This document shows, piece after piece, positions 39,501-52,200 of a stretch of 64,000 nt of DNA. Every line of letters begins with the position of its first letter. The first letter of the stretch is position 1. The DNA comes from Neoechinorhynchus agilis (Eukaryota; Animalia; Acanthocephala). A program made the position numbers and the translations under genes. The stretch is from NCBI GenBank assembly GCA_051530055.1, contig CM121341.1, forward strand, positions 19,311,081 through 19,375,080. Direction: 5' to 3'. A model generated the notes under the pieces. That model was not told the origin of the DNA and did no database searches. It worked only from the letters and a program-made list of their open reading frames with translations.

Positions 39501-40833
39501 AACGAGAAACTATTCACTGGGATATTGAATGGAAATTTTGTTGTCTAACAATTGAAATGTAGTTAAATTCTTAGTTGACCAAATATGTTTTAAATGCGCA
39601 CTGAATTCCGATCTGGTTCCCAGCATCCAGTAGTACTCAATGAATACCCCATAAGTTGCTTGTAAAACGACAATGAGAAACTATTCACTAAGATATTTAA
39701 TAGAAATTTTATTGTCTAACAATTGAAATTTAGTTAAATACTAAGTTGACCAAATATGTTTTAAATTCGAACTGAATTCCGATCTGGTTCCGAGCATCCA
39801 GTAGTACTCAATGAAATCCCGCATAAATGGCTTGTAAAACGACAATAAGAAACTATTCACTAGGATATTGAATAGAAATTTTATTGTCTAACAATTGAAA
39901 TGTAGTTAAATACTAAGTTGACCAAATATGTTTTAAATGCGCACTGAATTTCGATGTGGTTCCTAGCATCCAGTAGTACTCGATGAATACCTGCATAAAT
40001 GGCTTGTAAAGCGACAATGAGAAACTATTCACTAGGATATTGAATAGAAATTTTATTGTCTAACAATTGAAATGTAGTTAAATACTAAGTTAACCAAATA
40101 TGTTTTAAATGCGCACTGAATTCCGATCTGGTTCTGAGCACCCAGTAGTACTCAATGAAATCCCGCATAAATGGCATGTAAAACGACAATAAAAACTATT
40201 CACTAGGATATTGAATAGAAATTTTATTGTCTAACAATTGAAATGTAGTTAAATACTAAGTTGACCAAATATGTTTTAAATGCGCATTGAATTCCGATCT
40301 CGTTCCGAGGATCCAGTAGTACTCAATGAATACCCGCATAAATGGCTTGTAAAACGACAAAAAGAAACTGTTCACTAGGATATTTAATAGAAATTTTATT
40401 GTCTAACAATTGAAATTTTTTTAAATACTAAGTTGACCAAATATGTTTTAAATGCGAACTGAATTCCGATCTGGTTCCGAGCATCCAGTTGTACTCAAGG
40501 AAATCCCGCATATATGGCTTGTAAAACGACAATAAGAAACTATTCACTAGGATATTGAATAGAAATTTTATTGTCTAACAATTGAAATGTTGTTAAATTC
40601 TAAGTTAAACAAATATGTTTTAAATGCGCACTGAATTCCGATCTGGTTCCGAGCATCCAGTAGTGCTCAATGAATACCCCCATAAATGGCTTGTAAAACG
40701 ACAATAAGAAATTATTCACTAGGATATTGAATAGAAATTTTATTGTCTAACAATTCAAATGTAGTTAAATACTATGTTAAACAAATATGTTTTAAATGCG
40801 CACTGAATTCCGATCTCGTTCCGGGCATCCTGT
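36565..40833. repeat. 172-bp AT-rich satellite: ~1.9 copies (36565-36886) and ~9.8 copies (39152-40833)
   Basis: The unit GAAACTATTCACTAGGATATTGAATAG...GGCTTGTAAAACGACAATAA recurs at 39849, 40021, 40192, 40364, 40536 and 40708 (period 171-172). Confidence 0.95.
36887..39151. repeat. Five tandem ~454-bp units embedded in the 172-bp satellite
   Basis: AATCAAGGTAG recurs at 36887, 37343, 37797, 38251 and 38707. Confidence 0.95.
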
Positions 40834-41896
40834 AAGCGAACTGATACACTGATGCCCATTCGAAAAATCGCGTTGCGCTTCTACTGCTGATAGCAGTTCG
40901 CTCGCATCCTGAGATTGATTATCGATTTCAGAAGTGCACTTATTACTCGTTTTGTTGAAATTCGCAATAGAACATATACTGCTTGAATCGTTTGGGGACA
41001 TTTGTAATTCAATATGTTTTACCATTTTTGTCGAAGTGTTGCCGATTGAGATGAAATGCTGAGCTACCTGAATGCGGAATTTATTATTGCTCTATTAACT
41101 TTTTGCTACTTACCATTCGGTCACGTGGATCATTTATTTCTGTCGATACCGTTCTATCTTCTAGCATGGAACTACAATAATACTTGGAATTTATGCCACA
41201 ATAAATCTGACCTTCTCTTGAGTTCTCTACTTTTTGCGAAGGCATTGGCACTTGATCACGAACAACTACCGTGCCCTTCGATGAATGCAAAGAGTCTAAA
41301 TGTGATGTCTTCGGATATATGATGTTCTTTTTTTCCATTTCCGGATAAGGGATCCATCGGTCGATGTATACATGTTGGGGTTTTGGTGGGAGAGGGGATA
41401 ATCTTTCCACAATAATTTTCCTCGTTGGTGGTGGAGAAGCAGGCAACTGCTTGTAAACGATATGAGTCGGGACTTGTCGGGGTCTTACTGGCGGCCGTTC
41501 TCGCAGTATGATGGGAGGTGGGGTTGCTGGTGGTCTTGGAATTTGGCGAATGTGGATTGGTGGTGGCGTTGGTTGACGGGGTGGTCGAATTTCCCTGATA
41601 ATTATCGGTCCAGGAGGAGGAATCGGCGGTGGCTGCAGATATCGAATACTTATGACTTGTCTGTAGGGCTCTATTTTTCCAGGATATCTTCTGCGGATAA
41701 TAATAGAACCTTTTTGGATCTGCGTTTCGTTAAAGTTGTTAGATTGGTATAGCGCCGGACACTCCTTATATTTTGCTTTAGTGTAGACGCCATTGTTAAT
41801 ATCGAGTCTATTGGAAATACGGCCGCTGTATGGATCTCGGACCGATTGCTCTCTTTTACGATCCATTGTTTCCTTGTTAACTGGGTACTCGTTCAT
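40792..41896 (-). CDS. Proline-rich protein with repeated PPxPxIIR-type motifs, 2 exons
   Basis: SIRYLQPPPIPPPGPIIIRE...PPPIHIRQ...PPPIILRERPP...RKIIVERLSPLPPKPQHVYIDRWIPY. A phase-0 GT-AG intron near 41110-41060 joins it to ORF 40792-41025. Confidence 0.7.
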
Positions 41897-42764
41897 AGCA
41901 CAGAACGTCAAATATCGGTGTAATAAGTGTGAACGAACAAATCTTAAAGATAATAGTAAATACGTTTATTGTTTGAAGAAAAACACACACGAACAAATAC
42001 GTTTTTGTCGACAAATCTTCTCATTAACTTATTTCAACGAAGCAAGTTCAATATGTATATCGCTCCTTATGAATTTGTAAGCAGATATAATTTTAATGTG
42101 TCGTATAAAAACCATGTAAGTCAATTAAACTTAAAGATCATTTGGCTAATTTTCAAAGCAAATAAAAAATGCACGTAGGATTATTGGACAGAAAATATTT
42201 CGCCCTACAAATATCGAGAATGGGTGCATTAACGAAGATTTGTCAGCATTACTTTTAGGGCTTAATATGAAATTAAGCCATCCTTCCAAATCTCTACGTC
42301 GCCCTCCTCTGCGCAGCTTTTACAGAGATCATAAACGAGGATGCGAATCGGTAAGATAGCTCTCGAATTGTCAAAAAACTATAAAATATCGTATTATGAT
42401 TTGCATAGTGGCTAACAGTCAGAAACTAATATAGAGGCGGGTGAACTAAACGTAAGTTGGCTTTTCGTTTCGCTAAATGGGCATAACAAATGCAACATAT
42501 CTGTGGATGGTCTACATAGGAAATGTGGAGAGGACGCCAAAATAAATGGCAGATTCTCGTGGTATCAACGGATACAATCATGATAATGTGCAGAAGTTAA
42601 TCGAACGAAAAAAATTACGAAAAAGAAGTCAATAGAAAACACGTAAAACATTAAGATATCATTGTGATCTAAGATTTCTCACTTAGATATTAAAATTCTG
42701 TTTGCAACTAATTAAGTCTCTTTCTCCGAATTGCATTCAATACAATGCTACTTAAACAATTATT

Positions 42765-43006
42765 TTCACTTTTGGTGAAGATAATCCCAGTTACAAATCA
42801 TTTTATTGTACTGAAATATTTCGCGGGGAAACCTCGCTTTATCAATCATTACTTGTAAGCTTTTAAATATGTGAGAAACTTACAAGCAATGATTGATAAG
42901 GCGAGGTTTCCTCGCGAAATATTTGAGTACAATAAAATGATTTGTAACCGGGATTATCTTCACCACAAGTCAAAATTTACTATCCCGATGGATTTTCTCG
43001 ATAGGA
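42765..43006. mobile_element. 242-bp foldback with an outward-facing hammerhead motif in each arm and a 13-bp target duplication
   Basis: About 94-bp imperfect arms. TTAAACAATTATT (42752-42764) / TTAAACAATCATT (43007-43019). Right arm TTGATAA-G-GCGAGG-ttt-CCTCGC-GAAATATT at 42893-42923. Confidence 0.8.
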
Positions 43007-43262
43007 TTAAACAATCATTGTTCGCCAATAAGAAGGCTGAACGTGTGAAAATGCCCCGTCTGTTGCTCGACACGCTTCTCGCCCATGGCAAATTAGTGAA
43101 GTCAAACCACACCTTAAATATTGTATGAAAAGGTTAATAACTTATGACAATATATCCTCATCGCTACAAAAATACATGAACGGTGATTGTAAAGAAGTTA
43201 TTCGTGATATATAATTTAATTTGTGATGAGAAATAGAGACTAATTTATTGGTTCCCTTTCAA

Positions 43263-43294
43263 AATATTTCGTCGGTCTCGTCGGACTTCTTCAG
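43263..43294 (-). ncRNA. Solo minimal hammerhead-like motif
   Basis: ttttagac-CTGAAGA-A-GTC-cgacgagacc-GAC-GAAATATT. Confidence 0.6.
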
Positions 43295-43929
43295 GTCTAA
43301 AAGGTAGGTCAGGACAAAAATTGTACAATAAAAACATCAGCGATACGCTGGATTCAGTGGCGAAAAATCACATTGTTCGAAAAACAGTATTGTGACATAT
43401 AGAGAATAAAAGACGTGAGAAAACGTACAATGTGATCTATTCAGAGCGCTCCGAATATTTTTCAAAAACAGATAAAAAGTACGCACTGATTCTAAAACTT
43501 TAACGAAACCTAAAATATAAGAAAAAGTATGAGCATCGACTATAAGAAATCGAGAGCAACTCAGAGAATCCGACAGATTAATACGTGTGTTTGTATACAA
43601 AATTAGGACAGTGTGCACTTACCCACATTAAGTTGTCGCGGTCGCATTCAAACATGTAAGCATTCATATTTCGAATGTACAGAAGTATCAAAGTGCAATT
43701 TACTTTTATTTAAACACACCATGAACACAGTTCACTCCCCCAGATCAAACAGGAAGCAAACTTTTCAAATCAAAAAGTATGTTTATTGATTTTTTCAAAG
43801 GGGACGAAATACCGCTGAAAGGAGGAAGGTAATACGAATTTCGAGGTAATTCTAAATTAGACCTTCAGAAATATTGCATTAAATTAATAACGCGTTTTAT
43901 TGATTTTTGCGTTTAAGAAATTAGACCCA

Positions 43930-45130
43930 TGTACCTTTAGGTTCTTATAACCACACAGATATTCTGTTTTTTGTATGTCCATTCGGGTGGGAATGTCCGG
44001 CATGGGGATGCCCGTCCCAGTGAGAATTTCCGGTCGGGGATGTCTGTTCGAGTGGGAATATCAGGTATTATTATGTCCGTTATTGTCTGAGTTGGCGGAT
44101 ACCTTAATATTGTCTGTCGACAACTCTTTCCTCTCCTTTCAGCGCATCCCAAATAAAACTCCAATAACTACCGTCCTCGTCAATTCAAAATCACTTTCCA
44201 TCTACCAAACACCGCATCCTCCTTCCTTCAAAAGCGCTTCTTACTTATTAATTCCTCCCTTCCATACCGAATATACCCAGATTGCCCACTTCAAACTGTG
44301 AACTCCATCCATCATTCGCCTACGCATAATCGTTTTCTTTCCCCTATCACTAACTTATTACAAGCCAAAACCTACTCTCAGAACTCACATGTAAATTTTT
44401 GGACACCTCCGAAAATCCCCACTTTACGTTGGCAGAATCAAACTTTACCACTCACTCGAAAAACGCACCAGTAAACACCCGCAAACTACATCCCCCTTCA
44501 AGCTCTTTCAAACAACCATTTCCCTTCATTCTTTTCACTAACATAAGAAGTCTTACCTAAAATAGATCATCTTCCGCTTTTAGCCACTACCACCAACGCA
44601 GACATTCTGGTCATTGTGGAAACATGGCTGCACTGCTCCAATTCCGACATCACCTTGATCCCTGGCTACTCGATCTTTCTTCTTAACCGCTCAATCCTCG
44701 AAATGCGAATTGATTCGGAGGAAAGAACGGAAAACACAAATTAAACAACAAAAATCAACTAACTGACCAAAAAACCTTCCGATTTAACCACGTACACTTA
44801 CCTGACCAGAATCGGATTCCATACAGTCCGAACGAGTGTAGAAATCTATTCGGGAGGATCGCTGTGCGCAGCCCCACCTTCATGCCACACAAATCGAAAG
44901 TGGCAGTATTGGCGCCAGTCTCTCTGAGAAGTGAATCTCAATGAAGTTGAATGCACAGGACTGTTGGGAACATAAATCATAACGAACGTGTCTAGAGATC
45001 TCCTACCATAACGACTGAATTCGGTTTGCGCTATTTCCGAGATTTTAGAATAAACTCGAAACTGTTCGTCTGTCCATGCTGAACTTTTTAGCAGTTTTTT
45101 CTGGGCACCAACTGATGGGCCCCTCAATCG
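43930..45130. mobile_element. Mixed LINE debris (APE start at ~44560-44690; segments shared with 10995-11260 and 12860-12930)
   Basis: DILVIVETWLHCSNSDITLIPGY. The segment CGCTCAATCCTC(C/G)AAATGCGAATTGATTC is shared with ~11000. Confidence 0.55.
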
Positions 45131-45292
45131 GAAGGATGAAGTGTCCGACAGTTTATCGTTTTTCTGACCTTTAAGAGTGAGGGAGAGTCCCCGAAGAAGC
45201 CGGGAAGCGGTGAAAATTCGGACAAAATTGAAAAATAAAACGTACTCGGGAACGTTTTGGGGAAAATCTATGCCACACAGTGATAAGGTGGT

Positions 45293-48123
45293 TGACGTAA
45301 TAATTATACGCGATTAATTCTTCGTCGCCATAATTTAGCCGCTTACTAATCCGCCCGCACGTAATTATTCACGCATACCGTTATTTTTCAAGTTGAATAA
45401 AACTGTTTGTGTCCACCAAAATTTATTCAACTTGAAAAAAATCCCGTCTCATGGAAAGAGTTCTTTGTTCGGAAAAACTAACGATCGAACCGACTGCTCC
45501 TTCGTCTGAACGTGAATACAAATATTGGAAGAAAACGTTTGACAACTTCGTAGCTGCATGTGGAAATCAATGTCCAGACAAACTTCAATGTTTGATACGT
45601 TTCGTCAGTCCAGACGTATATGAAATGATAGCGGACCAACCGATTTTGATAAGGCGATTGCGATCTTGGACAAAGCATACATTAGGGAGGCGAATTCAAT
45701 TTTTTCCAGACATGTGTTGGCTACGTAACAGCAGCAACCATCTCAGTCAATCGACGAGTTCGTCCGAGAACTAAACTGCATAAGCCGAAACTGTCAGTTA
45801 ACGGACGTGACCGCTGAGCAATACCGACTAGAACTCATTATCGATGCTTTTGTTAGTGGGATTTCATCCCCCATAATTCGTCAACGCCTTCTGGAACATC
45901 ATGCTCTAAGTTTGACCCAGGCGATCGGCATAGCGAAGTTTCTAGATACAGCTCAGCGAAACGCTGAAATTTATGACCGTCAAGCGCCGCCTATTGCAGC
46001 TTATGTCGAAGCTCCTCCATCGATTTCGCACCAGAAGCCTGAAACGGAGGATATGGAAATAGCTGCCGCTATAAAGTCAAAAAAGTGCTGGTTTTGCGGG
46101 TTTGATTTGCATCCAAGATCTCGTTGTCCTGCCAGAAAGTCTAAGTGTTCGAAATGCGGAAAAATAGGCCATTGGGGTAAAGTATGTCGATCCAAGCCCT
46201 TAGAAAAGCAGTCGGGGGACACCTCCGCTACTATGTTTCTATGTGCCACGACGAGCTTGCAGATCCAAACAATCGAATGTTCCTTATCGACGTGATCATT
46301 GAGGGACTACCATTATCTGCTATGATCGATACAGGTAGTTCGAGCAACTTTATTAGTGATAAGGTTGCCATGAATCTATGACTAAAAACGATTGCATCGG
46401 AAGGTATAGTCAAGCTGGCTGCAACAAGTCAACAGATTCGAATCAAAGGCAAATGTCTCGTCGACATTCTTGTGGAAAATCGAACTTATCATGCTGTCAA
46501 ATTCAGTGTGTTGTAGGACTTTTGTACGGACGTCATACTCGGTCTAGAATTTCAAGAACTCCACAGAAGCATTCGTTTTGTCTATAATGGTTCCAAAGAT
46601 GAATTGACAATCAAGCCCCTATCAGACTGTTGCAACTTGATCAAAGCTGATATGTTGGAAATCCCAATGTTTGACTCGATCCCTCGGAATATTAAGCCTG
46701 CTGTGACCAAATTGCGAATGATTAGCGTTGAAGACCGTTCGTTTATCGATGGTGAAATAAAAAGGTTACTTTATGCAGGCGTGATAGAACCTAGTCGATC
46801 ACCGTGGAGATAAAAGATTGTAGTCGTCAAAAACGACTCGAATTCAGGCAAGAAGCGATTAGTTATTGATTATTCGCAGACTATCAATAGATTTACTTCG
46901 TTAGACGCTTACCCATTGCCTAACCTTCACCAGCTTATTAATACCATCGCTCAATACCGCGTATTTTCGACCTTCGACTTAAAAAGTGCGTATCATCAAA
47001 TCGGCATACCTGCTTCCGAAAGACGGTACACCGCTTTCGAAGCGAATGGTAATCTTTACCAATTTACGCGTATACCTTTTGGCGTAAAACGGTGTCGCCG
47101 CATTTAGAAGGGCGATGGATAATATGATTAAGGAAGAGAATTTGAAGTGTACGATTTCATATTTAGGTAATGCTACTGTAGCAGGTAAATCACAGGAGGA
47201 ACATGACTCGAATGTAAAGCTCTTTAGGAAAGCTGTCGAGAAACGGAAGTTGTCTTTGAATCATTCTAAAACTATATTGTCGGTCCGATCTATCAATCTA
47301 ATGGGTTACAACATCTGCAATGGAAAGATTCGGTCCGATCCGCAAAGACTACGCCCATTATTTGAAATGCCTATTCCTTCTGATTCAAAAAGTCTTGCTC
47401 GAATGCTCGGAATGTTGGCCTATTACTCAAAGTGGATCCAGGACTTTTCGTCGAAAGCTCAAATAATCTATAAATGTAGTAAATTTCCGATGGAAACCGA
47501 TGAGATCAGAGTTCTCAAAGAATTGAAGGAAGAGTTGGGAAGCTTTGCGAGGCGATCGTCTTATGGCTCGTCACTTCCGTCCTGATTATTGTCTCCAGGT
47601 CGAGTATTATTACGCAATTTCGTGCGAAATAAAACAGAACCGCTGGTGCGAGAAGTTGAATTGATAAAAGCGAATTCAACACATGCAAGAATACAATATG
47701 AAGATGGTGCGGAAAGTTCAGTTTCGAACAAGGACCTTGCCAAACTTCCAGCACCCGATAGCACTAACGATAATCTCATCGAGTGTCCAGAAGAAGACAG
47801 TCGAAGACCGGGTTCCGGTGATCCAAAACGATTGCAAAACGGAAGTCCCACTAGAAGACAAAAAAACTGTACCACTGATTGCCGTACTGAGATATTCCCG
47901 AGTCAACCTTCTACGGGTGCCCCGGAACTCCGCAGATCTACACGAACACGACGAAGACCAGAACGATATCGGTGAAAACTCCAAGAGGGCGAGAATGACG
48001 TAATAATTATACGCGACTAATTCTTCGTCGCCATAATTCAGCCGCTTACTAATCCGCCCGCACGTAATTATTCACACATACCGTTATTTTTCAAGTTGAA
48101 TAAAACTGTCTGTGTCCACCACA
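45293..48123 (+). mobile_element. Ty3/Gypsy LTR retrotransposon, internally deleted (no RNase H or integrase core), 128-bp LTRs, GTGGT target duplication
   Basis: LTRs 45293-45420 and 47996-48123 differ at 5 positions. PPT AAGAGGGCGAGAA precedes the 3' LTR. gag CCHC (CSKCGKIGHWGKVC), protease MIDTGSSSNF, RT FDLKSAYHQI...RIPFG, integrase C-terminal LVREVELIKANSTHARIQY. Multiple stops and frameshifts. Confidence 0.93.
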
Positions 48124-49260
48124 GTGGTTACGCCTGGTCATGAATTTATTGAGACCCTTAGGGCCCATACTGAATTAATAGATCACCAAATGATCTCAGC
48201 CGATGTAGCCTCTCTATTCACTAAGATTCCAGTTAAAAAGGCCATTGATTTGGCTATCCCATTGCTTATGAATAATGATAAAGGCTGGAATCTTACCAGA
48301 TCAGACTGGAAAAAGCTTTTGGATTTCTGTACTAGGCAAAATAACTTTCAATTTGAAGACAGTCATTTTGATCAGGTGAATGGTTTATCAATGGGTAGTC
48401 CGATTGCTCCAGTCTTGGCTGAGATCTACCTGCGTCATTGGGAGAGTGATCGTGGCCTCCCATTCTTAGATGTTCTGGTTGAGCGGTATGAATATTTCAG
48501 AACAAAGGTTTTCCGGAAACCTCGCATTCCAAATCAACCAGTACCTTTAACATCATCACAGCCCAGTAAGTACAAAATTAGTAGAATGACGGCACTATTT
48601 AGAAGGGCGTTTAAATATTGCTCGAAGGATGAGTATTTGAAGTTGGAAATAAATTACTTAAAAAGCCTTTTTAAAAAGAGAGGTTATCCCTATAAATACA
48701 TCTCACGCTGCATTCAGAGCCTGAGTCACTGAAAAAGGAGGGTTGGTCAAAAGCCCGAAGAAATGGGATACATAAATATCCCATTTATTAGTGATACCTG
48801 GAATGACAGTCTGAATAGTCAGATTGTCCAAAAATATAATGGAAAAACATTGAGGCAGTGGCATACACGACAGAAGGAAAATTCCTCAATGCTGTCATAG
48901 GTTCTGCAAGAGCTGACCCACCAGTTGGTGTGATTTATAGCATACCATGTGAAGATTGTGCCAGATCCTATATAGGACAAACTAACAGTCTCTGCCGCAG
49001 AATCTATGGACATAGGTATGCACTGAGGAGAAATGATGCGAACTCAGCGATAGTCAATCATGTTGATGCAACGGGACACTCAATCAACACGTTCGTGTTA
49101 TCGGATAGCCGATTTTTATTAAACAATATGATACAATGGAAGGCAATAAGGCGGACTATGTACTCAAAATAAGTACTCCAATCACTTGAAAAACTTTCCT
49201 ACTCTTTTTAGACATCTTAAAGAAGACTCACAAGCGAGTCGAAATATTGACCCTTTTACT
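48124..49260 (+). mobile_element. Penelope-like element (RT, GIY-YIG, 3' repeat) whose 5' part lies at ~45150-45292, split by the Gypsy
   Basis: ISADVASLFTKIP...GLSMGSPIAPVLAEIYL...PFLDVLV; VIYSIPCEDCARSYIGQT. Removing the Gypsy restores the frame HSDKVVTPGHEFIE. Degenerate hammerhead TTAAAGA-A-GACTC-acaagc-GAGTC-GAAATATT at 49217-49248. Confidence 0.88.
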
Positions 49261-49299
49261 TTGAATAATTTAATAAATTTCGCCAAATCGGCGAAAAAA

Positions 49300-52200
49300 C
49301 ATGTATCGTTCGATTTTCACAAGCGTCGTTCTTCCAATTAATTTTCTTTTTAAAAATGTACTGCACTATGGCAATAATTTGCGAAACCAGCAGCCTATGC
49401 GACAGCAAATATGTGATGAGCACTTTCCGCGGAAGCAGTACGAGGATCTGCGTGTCTAACTCGAGGCCCTCAGATCCCATAACGTTCCTGAGAGCAGTAA
49501 AGCAGCGGGACCCCCCCTGCCGATTGCTATTCGCGATTTGCATTGACGAGGCACTGCATGAGGTTCGCAATCTTCATCTAGGTTCTCAACTCAAAGGAGT
49601 TATTTGTTTATCGCATTTAGTTTATGCATACGATTTCCTCCTTATTGCTGATGATTACGCGAACCTTTAAAAAAATCATTGACATTCTTCAAGTTAAGCT
49701 CAGAGAGAACATGCTCTTCTTGAGTTCAGAGATATGTCTAACATATCGGCAAAGCTTTAGAGGCGGGAAGCTGGTGGTGGGCAGAGAGTCCGGTATCCGC
49801 ATCAACGGAGTCGCACTCAAAGCATCTAGGCGGCACACCTGGAAAACCTTTTTGCCGTTGTTAGGAGCGCCTTTGTGTCGCTCACACAAGCAGCGCACTT
49901 ATTGAATGATTACGTGGTGCCATCCCTGTTGGCTAAGCTCGGAACCTCATGGGATATAACGTCAACGAACTTGTATTGTATTTGTATTGTATGCAACGGT
50001 ACTTTTCTACGTTGCGCCGTAGGTATAAGCCCGTCAGATAGAATTAGACTCCGCAAGAGATCTAAAATACACGACAGCAGTCCTGTTATGCGGGCAATTC
50101 GCGTCTCTTAAAATCAGGTCATCGTATGTACGACAGTTCCCTTTGCCTTTACGATACAATGTCGTTGGCTTCCAGAAAAGGAACTGTTGCACGACCTGTG
50201 GGCAAGGTGCCTCGGACCGAATTATATTGCCCGTGAACTGCAGTCGTCTGCGGCGCAAATATTCACTATGCGGTTGGACTCCGGCTCTCTTATACAATGC
50301 TTTGTTGGTCACTTTACTGACCATCTGAGCTTGAATGCCGCACGTAAGAGAGATGAATGATTTTGGTCCAACTACCTCGTCGTCGTTAGTGACAGTGTCC
50401 AGGTCTCTGCATTTTAGTAGAGAATGCTCTCAATTAGAGTCCTGAACAGCTTCGAACGGAGTTCATCTGGCAGACTCACTGTCAAACAGTGGCTTAAGTT
50501 CCCCCATTGCTCTCCAAGCTATAGCTCTCCGTCGGCTGACATCCGCACTCACCTCAGGAACGACAGCTCCCAGATAGACATACCGCTCTATCTGTTTTAA
50601 TTGCTCAGCGCCGTTCGGCCCTTCGCCAGAGACTGTATGCGCGACATGCGGAATCGTCTTTTTCGAGTTGATGGTCATACCAATCATACTCGCCCTCTCG
50701 CACAGTCTATTTAGCATGCGTTGAGCTCCTTCGACTGTTGAGGACATCAATACGATGTCGTCGGCATATGCCATGTAGGAGGCGTGTATCTCAGGATACC
50801 TGCGACCTCTTTTCCTCAACAGAAGAAATCCATCTTCATCATTCGGTAGTGCCCATCTCATTACCCAATCAAGCACCAAGATGAAGAGGAAATGAGCCAA
50901 TGTGTCGCCCTGCAAAGTACCTGAAGTGGTGGAAAAGTATTCTGTCAAACCGTCAGTTGCCTTGACGGCGGACCTTGTGTTATTATATAATGCCACAACG
51001 TATGTGAAAAGGATCGGCAACACTCCATACTCGTTTAAGATACCGCCAATCATCGTTCGATTTACTGAATCGAAAGCTCGACGGAAATCAACAAATACTA
51101 GCGTCACATCCGTTTGATGAATTCGTGCCTCCTCGAGGATCCTCCTCAAAGCCAATATGTGCTCTGTGCTGCCTCGACCTTCCCTGAAGCCGTTCTGTTC
51201 AATTCTTAGAAACGGTTCGAGGATTGGCTGAATTCGGCGTCTCAAAATGCCGCTGAAAAGTTTTGCCGTGTTGGACATCAAGGACATACCTCTGTAGTCT
51301 TCCACCTTTGTTGAGCAGCATTTCTTGGGAATCATTGTTAAATGCGTCGTTTGCCAGATTTGAGGTACTGAGCCACAATTCATTATGCCATTCATTATCG
51401 GTATGATCTTTTTGGCAATAGATTCAAATCTCAGTACCTCTGCTATTATCCCAACTGGGCCTGATGCACGTCGCGCACGCATCATTTTCGTCGCAGCAAT
51501 CGCTTCCTTCACGGAAAATGGTCCAGTGAAGTATGCCTCAGTGCTTGGGACGATTGTGCTTTTTGGAAGTGCAGGACTCACTTCCAAAGACGATAATGGC
51601 GAATTGAGAATTTCCGCAAAATAATTTGCGATTCTCTTTTTTCTCATTTCCAGGGAGGGACCTTCAATCAAAGTTGGCTGTCTTTGGGATCTTCCTGTGA
51701 GAGTGTTTATCGCTCTCCATGCTAAGGAGGTACGAACAAAACCTTCCTTATATGCGATCCCGTGAACTGCATAATCTATCGAAGCCTTTTGCTTTTCATT
51801 ATATAGGTTGGCAAGTTCAAGACTTGCAATGCGAGTCTCAGGTCGTTTTCCTCTTTTTCTTATAGTTTTTATCTGCTCAGCCATTGCCATAAATTCACAT
51901 TCCTCCTGCCATATAACCTTTGCAGCTTTTATACGCCTCATTTTTGGGAGGGTTTTCTCGGCCGCTTCGGTCACTACGTCGCAGATTGACTTGTAATAAA
52001 AATCAATATCCGTTTCAGCAGCTGGCATCGAGCTCAGTTGATTCTCTAGTTCCATATCGAACTCTTTCCTCTTCTCCTCATTAGCGAGGGCGCCATAGAA
52101 CGGACGTGGAGGATGCTAAGGCGTACGGAACAACGAGTCACTCATGCTCAACTGACACATCACCAACTTGTGGTCGGTTGGCAGCCCATCAACTGTAAAT

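Noticed and set aside
39152-40833. CRISPR-like regular repeats
   Set aside because: Whole 172-bp units repeat with no unique spacers, there are no cas genes, and the context is eukaryotic; this is a satellite.
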